64,000 nucleotides of DNA from a bacterium (candidate division B38) B3_B38. Its GTDB lineage: Bacteria; Acidobacteriota; B3-B38; Guanabaribacteriales; B3-B38. Where the stretch lies: NCBI GenBank assembly GCA_005223145.1, contig NJBL01000002.1:3541-67540 (forward strand), written 5' to 3'. The translations under genes were made by a program, and so were the position numbers. How positions within the stretch are numbered: position 1 is the stretch's first letter; every line of letters begins with the position of its first letter. Positions 38,538-47,088 of this stretch are shown here, piece by piece. The notes under the pieces are model-generated. The model was not told where the DNA came from. It was given only the letters and a program-made list of their open reading frames with translations, and did no database searches.

Positions 38538-39476
38538 TTACATCTCTTCGCCCGCATCTTTCAGGAGCTGGTTCCATATCCGGTCAACCTCGACCTGGAT
38601 ACTTTCCAGCAGCTCCTCATTTTCGGGTCGGAGCAGATGCTTAAACCTCCCCTGGTCTTTTAACCATTCCACGACTGGTATTTTCTTCCTGGGCTTATAG
38701 GTGATGCGCACCACGCCGCTTTCCACCTCATAAAGAGGCCAGAAGCAGCTATCCACTGCTCGCTGGACAAACTCCAGCCCCCGGGTGGGGTCGGTATGCC
38801 AACCGGTTGGACAGTGGCACAGCACATTAATAAAAGCGGGACCATTTACCTCGAACGCCCGGTAAGCCTTCTTCATCAGGTCCAGCCACTTAGAAGGAGC
38901 AGCCTGAGCGGCATAAGGGATATTGTGAGCGGCCATGATACGGGTGAGGTCCTTGCGGAACTGCTGTTTCCCCTGAAGCACCTTGCCCACTTCGGATGTG
39001 GTTGTTCGGGCACCTGAAGGGGTAGCGCTGGAGCGTTGTCCCCCGGTATTCATATACCCTTCGTTATCGAGGCATACATAGACGATATTGTGCCCCCGCT
39101 CCATAGCACCAGAAAGGGCTTGGAAACCTATATCATAGGTTCCCCCATCCCCTCCGAAGGCTAAGAACTTTATCTTCCTCTCCTTGGGTATCTCCCCCCT
39201 TCTTACCTTTGCCCGATACATACTTTCCAAGCCAGCTATAGTAGAGGCGGCATTGGGGAAAGCGGAGTGAATCCAGGGGACCCTCCAGGAGGAGAAGGGA
39301 AAGGTTCCCGAGCATATCTCCAAACAACCGGTGGCATTCGCTATTACAACTGGCTCCTCAAAGGAGGCCATTATCTGCCTGACGGTGATGGCTACCCCAC
39401 AGCCCGGGCACATCTTATGTCCTTGAGCAAAAGGCTCTTCTCTGGTAGCAATATCTTTCAATTTGAAGCTGACCAT
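38538..39476 (-). CDS. porB: 2-oxoacid:ferredoxin oxidoreductase beta subunit (TPP-binding; POR/VOR family)
   Basis: CPGCG near the N-terminus. TPP-binding GDGG...NEGYMNTGGQ. Confidence 0.8.
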   Translation of the reverse strand: MVSFKLKDIATREEPFAQGHKMCPGCGVAITVRQIMASFEEPVVIANATGCLEICSGTFPFSSWRVPWIHSAFPNAASTIAGLESMYRAKVRRGEIPKERKIKFLAFGGDGGTYDIGFQALSGAMERGHNIVYVCLDNEGYMNTGGQRSSATPSGARTTTSEVGKVLQGKQQFRKDLTRIMAAHNIPYAAQAAPSKWLDLMKKAYRAFEVNGPAFINVLCHCPTGWHTDPTRGLEFVQRAVDSCFWPLYEVESGVVRITYKPRKKIPVVEWLKDQGRFKHLLRPENEELLESIQVEVDRIWNQLLKDAGEEM

Positions 39477-39491
39477 CTTACTTCTCCTTCC

Positions 39492-40703
39492 TTACTCCCT
39501 CAAGTTAAGGAAATCTACTAATTTTCCCCGTTCGCCGGTTCTGGCAATTTCACGGAGGCGAAGGTAAACGTCCTTGATATGTCTTAAGGGCAAATCCCTT
39601 CCGCCGAGACCATAGATGTAATTTATGACTTGAGGAGGGGACTTCTCCTCGTAAAGAGCGGCTCTCACTTCAAGAAAGAGGGGTCCACCTTGGGCACCCC
39701 CGGTTCCACATCGGTCCAAAACAGCTACGCTTTTCGTCCGGGAAAGGCTCTTGGCCACTTCCTCAGCGGGGAAGGGTCGGAAAGCCCGAACCTTCAGCAG
39801 ACCAGCCGTTACCCCTTCTTCTCTCAGTTGGTCAATTACATCTTTGACGCTGCCAGCAGTAGCGCTCATAACCACAATGGCATGCTCAGCATCTTCCATC
39901 CGATATTCCTCTACCAGGCCATAATACCTTCCCGTGAGAGCCCCATACTCCTGTCCCACCTGCTGGATCACCTCGGGGGCATTAATCATCCCCACTAACT
40001 GGCTCCTTTTGTGTTCCATATAATAATCGGGTCTATCAGCTGCTCCATAAAGGACCGGATTATCAATATCAAGCATGGGATAAGATGCGATATATTCGCC
40101 GATAAACCTCTTCACCAGATTATCCGGCTCAACTGTCAAGGTCTCCACCATATGGGAGGTCTGGAAGCCATCTATAGCTACCAGAACCGGGGTGCGAACA
40201 TTGGGGTTCTCCGCGATCCTGAATGCCTGGATTGTGTTATCATAAGCCTCCTGGCCATTCTCGGAATAGAGATGAATCCACCCCATATCTCGCATGGCCA
40301 TGGTGTCGCTGTGGTCTCCATGGATATTTAACGGAGAGTTCAGGGCACGGTTGGCAATTGCCATTACCATAGGAAGCCGAAGCCCTGAAGTTACTCCCAG
40401 CACTTCAAACATATAAGCCAGCCCTTGCGAGCCGGTAACCGTCATCACCCTGCCACCACCGGCAGCCGCTCCCACACAAGCGCTCATGGCACTGTGCTCG
40501 CTCTCGGTGGCCACAAACTCGGTATCCACCAATCCATCGGCAACAAAGCGAGCGAAGGATTCCACTACCTGAGTGGAAGGGGTAATAGGGTAAGCAGCCA
40601 CCACATGGGGATTGATTTGACGCATAGCCTCTGCAATGGCATCGTCTCCTGTTAAGGAGACTCTCCTCTTCGATTTTTTCTCTTCCAAAGTTCCTTTTTC
40701 CAT
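39492..40703 (-). CDS. porA: 2-oxoacid:ferredoxin oxidoreductase alpha subunit
   Basis: Transketolase-like pyrimidine-binding domain (YPITPST...). Length 403 aa. Confidence 0.8.
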   Translation of the reverse strand: MEKGTLEEKKSKRRVSLTGDDAIAEAMRQINPHVVAAYPITPSTQVVESFARFVADGLVDTEFVATESEHSAMSACVGAAAGGGRVMTVTGSQGLAYMFEVLGVTSGLRLPMVMAIANRALNSPLNIHGDHSDTMAMRDMGWIHLYSENGQEAYDNTIQAFRIAENPNVRTPVLVAIDGFQTSHMVETLTVEPDNLVKRFIGEYIASYPMLDIDNPVLYGAADRPDYYMEHKRSQLVGMINAPEVIQQVGQEYGALTGRYYGLVEEYRMEDAEHAIVVMSATAGSVKDVIDQLREEGVTAGLLKVRAFRPFPAEEVAKSLSRTKSVAVLDRCGTGGAQGGPLFLEVRAALYEEKSPPQVINYIYGLGGRDLPLRHIKDVYLRLREIARTGERGKLVDFLNLRE

Positions 40704-40769
40704 CGATTATTCTCCAGCTTTTCGAAATTTAAGGTTAACAGCTCAGATTTGTCAATCCGAGCATTTCTG

Positions 40770-41069
40770 TTAGGCTACCTCCTCAGAGATAATTTCCAGC
40801 GATTTAGGCTTGGTGGGGCACACTTCTACGCAAATGCCGCAGACCTTGCAATGATAGTCATCTATCCCTATCATTTTGCTATCTTTGACCTTGATGGAAG
40901 CATCGGGACAGTTAATCCAGCATAGAAGACAATGAGTGCATGTATCATCATGCCATACCAAACGGTTGGGGTTCCAATCCCCGGTCTGGGTTTCTGACGA
41001 ATTACCCATATCCAATATAAGCCCACCTATCGGTAGCTCCTGCCATTTCTTAAGCTTCTCTTTTTTCAT
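40770..41069 (-). CDS. porD: 2-oxoacid:ferredoxin oxidoreductase delta subunit (2x[4Fe-4S] ferredoxin)
   Basis: Two CxxCxxCxxxCP motifs: CTHCLLCWINCP and CKVCGICVEVCP. Confidence 0.8.
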   Translation of the reverse strand: MKKEKLKKWQELPIGGLILDMGNSSETQTGDWNPNRLVWHDDTCTHCLLCWINCPDASIKVKDSKMIGIDDYHCKVCGICVEVCPTKPKSLEIISEEVA

Positions 41070-41638
41070 CCTTGTTTCACCTCCTCAAAGCCCCGTTTGG
41101 CAGCTTTCAGGTTCCCTTCGATTATCTTAGAAGTGAATTTCTTACCCATTAGGGCTCGGAATTTTTCATTAAAGCTATTAATATCAGCCAGGTTGGTAAC
41201 CTTCACCAGAGCACCTAACATAGGGGCATTAGGGATGTCGACTCCAATCTCATTGATGGCTATTCTGCTTCCGTCGAGGACATATAACCTTCTTTCTCCT
41301 ATATTAAGCTTCTGTCGCAGTTCATCCGGCTGGCGATTGGAATTGGCTATGAAAATAGCATCTGGAGTCGCTCCTTCAGACACATCAACTGTTCGGAGGA
41401 GGGTCTGGTCTAAGACCAAGACCACCTGAGGCTCCTCAATTCGGCTATGGATACGGATGGGACTATCGCTGATGCGGTCGAAGGCCTCCACCGGGGCTCC
41501 TCTCTTCTCGGCACCGTATTCGGGATAAGCTTGGGTGTATTTTCCCAATTCACCAAGAACCTGGGCTAAATTGTTTGCCGCCATTACCGCTCCCTGTCCG
41601 GCACGGGCGTGCCATCGTATTTCTAATACCTTGCTCAT
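41066..41638 (-). CDS. porG: 2-oxoacid:ferredoxin oxidoreductase gamma subunit
   Basis: IRWHARAGQGAVMAANNLAQ... is a typical gamma-subunit N-terminus. RBS GGAGGAG. 4-nt overlap with porD. Confidence 0.8.
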   Translation of the reverse strand: MSKVLEIRWHARAGQGAVMAANNLAQVLGELGKYTQAYPEYGAEKRGAPVEAFDRISDSPIRIHSRIEEPQVVLVLDQTLLRTVDVSEGATPDAIFIANSNRQPDELRQKLNIGERRLYVLDGSRIAINEIGVDIPNAPMLGALVKVTNLADINSFNEKFRALMGKKFTSKIIEGNLKAAKRGFEEVKQG

Positions 41639-41674
41639 ATTTTCTCCTCCTGCCTTAATACCTGAAAAGCACAC

Positions 41675-41705
41675 GCAAAAATAATAAAAGGGTGTTAAAA
41701 CCCTT
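41675..41705 (-). terminator. intrinsic-terminator-like hairpin (AAGGGT-tttaac-ACCCTT followed by TTATTATTTTT) between nifU and porG
   Basis: Seen in the minus-strand reading as a 6-bp stem, 6-nt loop and U-rich tail. It lies only about 45 nt upstream of the porG ATG, so it may act as an attenuator or partial terminator. Confidence 0.3.
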
Positions 41706-41895
41706 CTTCAGAACTCTTAACCACGCTTTCAATCAATACTGCAATTGTTTAAATAATAGCAGACTCTTACTCACATTATGCTGCAAAAAGCCTATTATTA
41801 TAGCACAAATTATTACCCCTGCCTAATAAATTAAAGCTGTCACAAAAATATTTATAATCGTCCCCTGGGCAAATTTATTTGACGCTGGGGTGTAT

Positions 41896-42306
41896 TCAGT
41901 CCTTTTGAGCTTTATTCTCTTTCCCATCAGTTTTCTTTCTGTAATCTTCGATGGCTGCCTTTAAGGCATCTTCTGCCAAAACAGAGCAATGCATCTTGAT
42001 CTTGGGCAGTCCATCGAGGGCTTCGGCAACTGTTTTATTGCTAATGTGTAGTGCTTCTTCTATGGTCTTTCCTTTAACCATCTCGGTCACCATGGAGCTG
42101 GTAGCGATAGCAGCGCCACATCCGAAAGTCTTGAATTTCGCATCCACAATGCGACCATTCTCCACCTTTATGGTGAGTTTCATCACATCACCACAAGCGG
42201 GGTTACCCACGGTGCCCTCGCCACTGGGATTCTCAATCTCTCCCACATTGCGGGGGTTCTGGTAATGTTCCATCACCTTGGCGCTGTACTCTTCCAGGTT
42301 ATACAT
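41896..42306 (-). CDS. nifU: Fe-S cluster scaffold NifU/IscU
   Basis: HYQNPRNVGE...NPACGDVMKL...FKTFGCGAAIATSS...HCS contains the three scaffold Cys. Confidence 0.8.
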   Translation of the reverse strand: MYNLEEYSAKVMEHYQNPRNVGEIENPSGEGTVGNPACGDVMKLTIKVENGRIVDAKFKTFGCGAAIATSSMVTEMVKGKTIEEALHISNKTVAEALDGLPKIKMHCSVLAEDALKAAIEDYRKKTDGKENKAQKD

Positions 42307-42307
42307 A

Positions 42308-43468
42308 CTACACCTCTTTATACAAGGGGGACATCTCCCGCAATCGAGCCACATTTTTGCTCAGCTCTTCCACCAGATAATCAACCTCATCCTCCGTGTT
42401 GGACCTGCCCAAACAGATCCTGAGTGAACAGTGGCTCAGTGCCTCTTGAACCTTCATAGCCAGCAAAACATAGGAAGACTTCAATGAGCTGGAAGTGCAG
42501 GCGGAGCCCGAAGAGATGGCAAAATCCTTTAAGGAAAGAATCAACGATTCCCCCTCAACAAACTCAAAGCTCAGGTTCAAATTTCCTGGCAACCTCTTCT
42601 CCGAATGCCCATTAAGGTAGACACGCTTTATTCTCTTCATGACCCCTTGGTAAAGACGATTTCTCAATTTAGTGAGCCTTATAGCTTCTGCTTTCATGAC
42701 CTTGCCCGCTTTCTGGCAGGCTTTGCCTAAACCGATTATCCCAGGGACATTCTCGGTGCCCGCCCTTAAACCTCTCTCGTGTCCGCCACCATGGAGAAGA
42801 GGCTCTATCTTAACCCCCTTTTTCATATAAAGCGCCCCTATTCCCTTGGGACCGTACATCTTATGACCCGAGATGGAGAGAAGGTCAGCTTTCAACTTAT
42901 CCACTTTGGTCTCTATTTTACCTGCCCCTTGAACAGCATCCGAATGGAACAACACCCCTTTCTCTCTGGCTATCTCCCCTATCTTCTCCACTGGCTCGAT
43001 GGTGCCCACCTCGCTGTTCACGAACATAATGGAGATTAGTATGGTCTTATCGGTAATAGCCCTTCTTACCTCTTCCGGGTCAACCATGCCATAGCGGTCC
43101 ACGGGGATGTAGGTGACCTTAAAGCCCTCTTTCTCTAAAAACTTGCAGGTCTCCAGCACCGCTTTATGCTCAATCTGGCTGGTGATAATATGGTTCCCTC
43201 GGTCTCGGTAAGCGTGAGCCACTCCCTTAATAGCAAGATTATCCGCCTCGGTAGCTCCGCTGGTGAATATAATCTCTTCAGGATGGGCTCCAATGAGGCC
43301 TGCCACCTGACTGCGTGCCTCATCTACTGCTCGACGGGCTTCCCATCCATAGGCATGGGTGGAGCTGGAAGGGTTGCCAAACTTATCGGTCAGATAAGGC
43401 ATCATAGCCTCCAGTACCTCAGCGTCAAGGGGAGTGGTAGCATTGTGGTCCATGTAAATAATCTTCAT
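42308..43468 (-). CDS. nifS: cysteine desulfurase NifS/IscS
   Basis: IYMDHNATTP N-terminus. The PLP-Lys region SGHKMYGPKG. The active-site Cys region SSGSACTS. RBS GGGAGGGA. Confidence 0.8.
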   Translation of the reverse strand: MKIIYMDHNATTPLDAEVLEAMMPYLTDKFGNPSSSTHAYGWEARRAVDEARSQVAGLIGAHPEEIIFTSGATEADNLAIKGVAHAYRDRGNHIITSQIEHKAVLETCKFLEKEGFKVTYIPVDRYGMVDPEEVRRAITDKTILISIMFVNSEVGTIEPVEKIGEIAREKGVLFHSDAVQGAGKIETKVDKLKADLLSISGHKMYGPKGIGALYMKKGVKIEPLLHGGGHERGLRAGTENVPGIIGLGKACQKAGKVMKAEAIRLTKLRNRLYQGVMKRIKRVYLNGHSEKRLPGNLNLSFEFVEGESLILSLKDFAISSGSACTSSSLKSSYVLLAMKVQEALSHCSLRICLGRSNTEDEVDYLVEELSKNVARLREMSPLYKEV

Positions 43469-43569
43469 TCCCTTCGTCCCTCCCATTTATGACCAAAATA
43501 GTCTTCTTTTTAATATATTTCCTTCTTTCTATTTTGTCAATGAAAAAAACAAAGAAAAGTCTATCAATC

Positions 43570-44457
43570 TCACTCGGAGGGTGCCCACACTACAAGGCTT
43601 CTGGGGAGTATAGAGACCTTCAGTTGGGGAGCCTCAATGAAGGGGTCGCCATCCATATGAATGGGACCGGGCTTCTCCCTGATAATCTCGGTTTGAGCTA
43701 TCTGGTAATAGTCCATCTGGGGTATGGAGTCTATCTTGCCAGTGAACAGCTTGGGAAGCTTTATGAGTGCCTGCAGCAGGCTCAAATTCCTCAGTATACA
43801 CAGGTCAAGCAGACCATCATCGATCTTAGCCCTGGGGGCTATTTGGGCTCCACCACCATATTGTCTGCAATTGGCTATGGTTATCAATAAAGGGGAAACC
43901 CTGATATTATCCCTATCAATTCGCACCTGCAGTAGCTCTGGTTGGTAAAGAAAGTACTCCTTCACTCCGATGTAGAAATAGGGGAGGACTCCTCGACGAC
44001 GCCGTTTACCTCGCTGATTGTACAACAGACCAATGTGGGCGTCGAAGCCGAGCCCGGCGGTGCTGAAAAAATATTTCCCGTTTATAACTCCCGTATCAAC
44101 TTCCCTCCTGCTTCCGCGAAGGAGGGCTCGGCAGGCACCCTTAAGGTTCAAGGGAATGCGCAGGTCTCTTGCCAGACCGTTGCCCGAGCCGGTGGGGATA
44201 ATGCCCAGGGCTACTCCGGTGTGGACCAATCCGCTGGCCACCTCTTTTACCGTGCCATCGCCCCCTATGGCCACCACCAGCTCGTAGCCCTGCTTAACCG
44301 CATCTTGAGCTAAATAGTAGCCATGTCCCCGCTGCTCGGTAAGGATTATATCAAAATCCCATAAAGGACCACGAAGCTCTCGCCGCAACAGGCTGACAAC
44401 CTTTTCGGGAGCTCTCCTCATTCCGGCAACCGGATTAAGAACAAACTTAGCCCTCAT
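43570..44457 (-). CDS. diacylglycerol-kinase-family lipid kinase (YegS/DgkA-like)
   Basis: DAGK_cat motifs AIGGDGTVKEV and PTGSGNGLAR. Confidence 0.7.
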   Translation of the reverse strand: MRAKFVLNPVAGMRRAPEKVVSLLRRELRGPLWDFDIILTEQRGHGYYLAQDAVKQGYELVVAIGGDGTVKEVASGLVHTGVALGIIPTGSGNGLARDLRIPLNLKGACRALLRGSRREVDTGVINGKYFFSTAGLGFDAHIGLLYNQRGKRRRRGVLPYFYIGVKEYFLYQPELLQVRIDRDNIRVSPLLITIANCRQYGGGAQIAPRAKIDDGLLDLCILRNLSLLQALIKLPKLFTGKIDSIPQMDYYQIAQTEIIREKPGPIHMDGDPFIEAPQLKVSILPRSLVVWAPSE

Positions 44458-44695
44458 AATCCTTCACTAAAGTGATGAAACAAACTTTCTAAATAAGTTA
44501 TCATAAAACTCCTCTTTTTCCAAGCCTTTAAGGCTTGGCCAGAGGATAGAAGATATGAGGGGATATTGGTATTGAATCTCATCCATTTATATTGTAATAT
44601 TTCTTAAGAGCTCTCCTTAATAAAGGAGAACGGGCAGGTATGAAGTCTGATGCTAAAAGTATTTCTAAAAGACCATTCTTCTGAGGAGAACCCTC

Positions 44696-45148
44696 ATGAA
44701 GGAAAGAATAGACTACGAAAAGATTCTTCGCTCTTCACCCACGGTAACCATCAAAGAATTGAAAGAGTGCTATCCTGTCATCAGGAGGTTGCTTCGGCGT
44801 CTCCAGAAGAGATTAAAGCTTTCTGATGATGAGGTGTACAACTTACAGTTAGCTGTAGGAGAAATCTGCGCTAACGCCATCGAGCATGGGAATAAATGTG
44901 CCCCGGACAAGTCGGTGCACGTCTCCTATGCCTTTCATCAGCATAGATTAATTTTTCAGGTGGAAGACGAAGGCGAAGGGTTCAATCCCGAAGACCTCCC
45001 TGACCCCACTAAGCCGGAAAACCTTCTGAAGAAGAGGGGGCGGGGCATATTTTTAGCCTGCTCGTTGGTGGATGAGATAATCTTCCAAGATAAAGGAAGA
45101 AGGGTCATCCTGGTGAAAAAGCTGACCCAATCGTCATCCCCTGCCTAA
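44696..45148 (+). CDS. anti-sigma regulatory factor, GHKL Ser/Thr kinase (SpoIIAB/RsbW-like)
   Basis: N-box EICANAIEHGNK and G1-box VEDEGEGF. 150 aa. Confidence 0.6.
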   Translation: MKERIDYEKILRSSPTVTIKELKECYPVIRRLLRRLQKRLKLSDDEVYNLQLAVGEICANAIEHGNKCAPDKSVHVSYAFHQHRLIFQVEDEGEGFNPEDLPDPTKPENLLKKRGRGIFLACSLVDEIIFQDKGRRVILVKKLTQSSSPA

Positions 45149-45175
45149 CTGACTCCCCGAACCCTAACTCCCCCA

Positions 45176-46120
45176 TCAGGGCGTGCTAACCTTTATGATG
45201 GATGAGGTGGAAGAAGTAGCATCATCATCATCGGTGACCGTCAGGGTAACCGTCTTATCTCCTGATGTGCTGTAGGGATGGGTAACTATTTTGCCCATAC
45301 CCGTGAGAGCATCTCCAAATTCCCAGCTGTATTTAACGATAGTCCCATCAGGATCGTAAGAAGAGGAGGCATTGAATGTCACCGATTCGCCCACTTTGGG
45401 ATCGGAAGGAGAATAGGTAAAGTTAGCTGTAGGGAAGATGTTAGGTGGAGTAATCACCTTAATAGCTATAGAAGAAATGATAGCCCCGGCGGTGGCGGTC
45501 ACCGTCACCGTATCCACATCCTTATCCCAACTGCCAAGCGTGAGGGTATCGAAAGCCTCCCCACTCTCATTGGTGAGGACAATCTGCCCACCAGAATCGA
45601 GGGCACCGGCATCGGTGGAGAAGGTTATCGCCGCATTAGCAATGGTCTGAGCATTCTCATCAAAGGCAATCGCCGTAATGGAACTGGTGGCTCCCTCCTC
45701 AAAAGAAATGGAAGCCGGCGTGGCGGTGAGGGAGATGAAGGCGATAGCCGCCCCAATCTGGACTATAATGGGCTCTGCAGTGCCCACCACACCTGAACTA
45801 ACCGTTATCTCCGCAATGCCAACCTCAATCCCGCTGGTGAGGATGGAGCGAGCCATACCATCGGTGGTAGTCACCCGCCCATCAATGGTGCCCATGGTGG
45901 TGGTCAGATAAACCACTGTCCCATCGGGCACTGGATAGCCATCACCTCTGGTGATGATGACGGTGATTACCGCGTTGTCTCCCCCAGGGTTAATGACCGC
46001 GGGATTGACACTGATGGTCATAATGGCATCCTCTGGTGCTACAGGGTCGACCTTCTGACAAGACGTTATCAGCCCTATGCAAAGCCCGATGGAGGCGAGA
46101 GTTAACAATTTTTTAATCAT
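45176..46120 (-). CDS. lipoprotein with Ig-like (Big) repeats and C-terminal PKD domain
   Basis: Lipobox LITSC. Thr/Val-rich beta-sandwich repeats. C-terminal YSWEFGDA...GDKTVTLTVTDDDD is a PKD signature. Confidence 0.55.
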   Translation of the reverse strand: MIKKLLTLASIGLCIGLITSCQKVDPVAPEDAIMTISVNPAVINPGGDNAVITVIITRGDGYPVPDGTVVYLTTTMGTIDGRVTTTDGMARSILTSGIEVGIAEITVSSGVVGTAEPIIVQIGAAIAFISLTATPASISFEEGATSSITAIAFDENAQTIANAAITFSTDAGALDSGGQIVLTNESGEAFDTLTLGSWDKDVDTVTVTATAGAIISSIAIKVITPPNIFPTANFTYSPSDPKVGESVTFNASSSYDPDGTIVKYSWEFGDALTGMGKIVTHPYSTSGDKTVTLTVTDDDDATSSTSSIIKVSTP

Positions 46121-46167
46121 AGGCTATACCCTTTTTAGTCAGAATAAAGGGTTTTCTTTCCTCCTTA

Positions 46168-46578
46168 CTACCATTCCCGGTAATAGGTTCCATCTAAAGC
46201 CTGCTCATAAGAGCCACTGTGAATATCCCATATGCCTGGTTCTTCGTCAGGCTCTAATTTCTCCCAGTCAATATAGACTTCCACCCAAGTTTCAGCCGAT
46301 TCGGTAAATGGGTCCACCGGTATACTCCGCAAATAGCCCTCAGTGACCAGATCTTCCAGCGTGTAGGGGTATCTCTCCTTATCAACATAGAACTGGTCTA
46401 TGCAGTCCCTCATATAAAACAGGTCCTTCTTCAACACCGCCTCTTTTGCTCGGATATGGGAGTAGCGAAAGGTCGGCAGGGCTAAGGTGGCTAAAATCCC
46501 TATCATAGTAATAACTATCATTAACTCAATCAGGGTAAAGCCTTTCTGCTTTGCCGAAATAGCTCGCATCTTATTCAC
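46168..46578 (-). CDS. type IV pilin-like / T2SS GspG-like pseudopilin
   Basis: Prepilin leader and methylation site KGFTLIELMIVITMIGIL. C-terminal ...LDGTYYREW. Confidence 0.7.
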   Translation of the reverse strand: MNKMRAISAKQKGFTLIELMIVITMIGILATLALPTFRYSHIRAKEAVLKKDLFYMRDCIDQFYVDKERYPYTLEDLVTEGYLRSIPVDPFTESAETWVEVYIDWEKLEPDEEPGIWDIHSGSYEQALDGTYYREW

Positions 46579-46590
46579 TCTGTTATTTTC

Positions 46591-47079
46591 TTACCAATCT
46601 TTATATTTAGTGCCATCCAAGGCAATTCCTTCGCTTTTAGAGTAAACATCGAAGACATTCTCCCCTCCCCAAGAGGTGGAATCAAAATCATCCTGATAGG
46701 AACGCATTTCCCAATCGGTGGAGTTAGTCATCGGGTCACGGGGTATGCGGCGCAAAAATTTCTTCATTACATCCAGTTTACCCACCTCTTCCACGCCCTC
46801 GACCAGAGCCTGGAGATCGGGGGGATAGCCTTCGGAGCCGAATTCTGCCGTAATCTGCCCCAGGTCAACCATTTTTTTATATTCGTCGATTGCCCTTCTT
46901 ATAATCCTCAGATTCTCCCGCAGCTCAACCTCTTTAGCCCTCTTGATGGCGATTCGGGCTACCGGCAGGATGGATGCAGCTAAAACAGATATGATGGCTA
47001 CTACCACCATTAGCTCTGCCAGGGTAAACGCCGATGTAGAGCCTCGCATATTGATTTTGGAAGCCAGAACCTTTATCAT
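46591..47079 (-). CDS. type IV pilin-like / T2SS GspG-like pseudopilin (second copy)
   Basis: SAFTLAELMVVVAIISVLA prepilin N-terminus. C-terminal ...LDGTKYKDW is paralogous to the neighbouring pseudopilin. Confidence 0.7.
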   Translation of the reverse strand: MIKVLASKINMRGSTSAFTLAELMVVVAIISVLAASILPVARIAIKRAKEVELRENLRIIRRAIDEYKKMVDLGQITAEFGSEGYPPDLQALVEGVEEVGKLDVMKKFLRRIPRDPMTNSTDWEMRSYQDDFDSTSWGGENVFDVYSKSEGIALDGTKYKDW

Positions 47080-47088
47080 CCTTTCTCC

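Noticed and set aside
44520-44540. Inverted repeat CCAAGCC-tttaa-GGCTTGG as terminator
   Set aside because: It sits in a divergent promoter region between the lipid-kinase and kinase genes. No U-run follows on either strand, so it is more likely an operator. Evidence is insufficient to call it.
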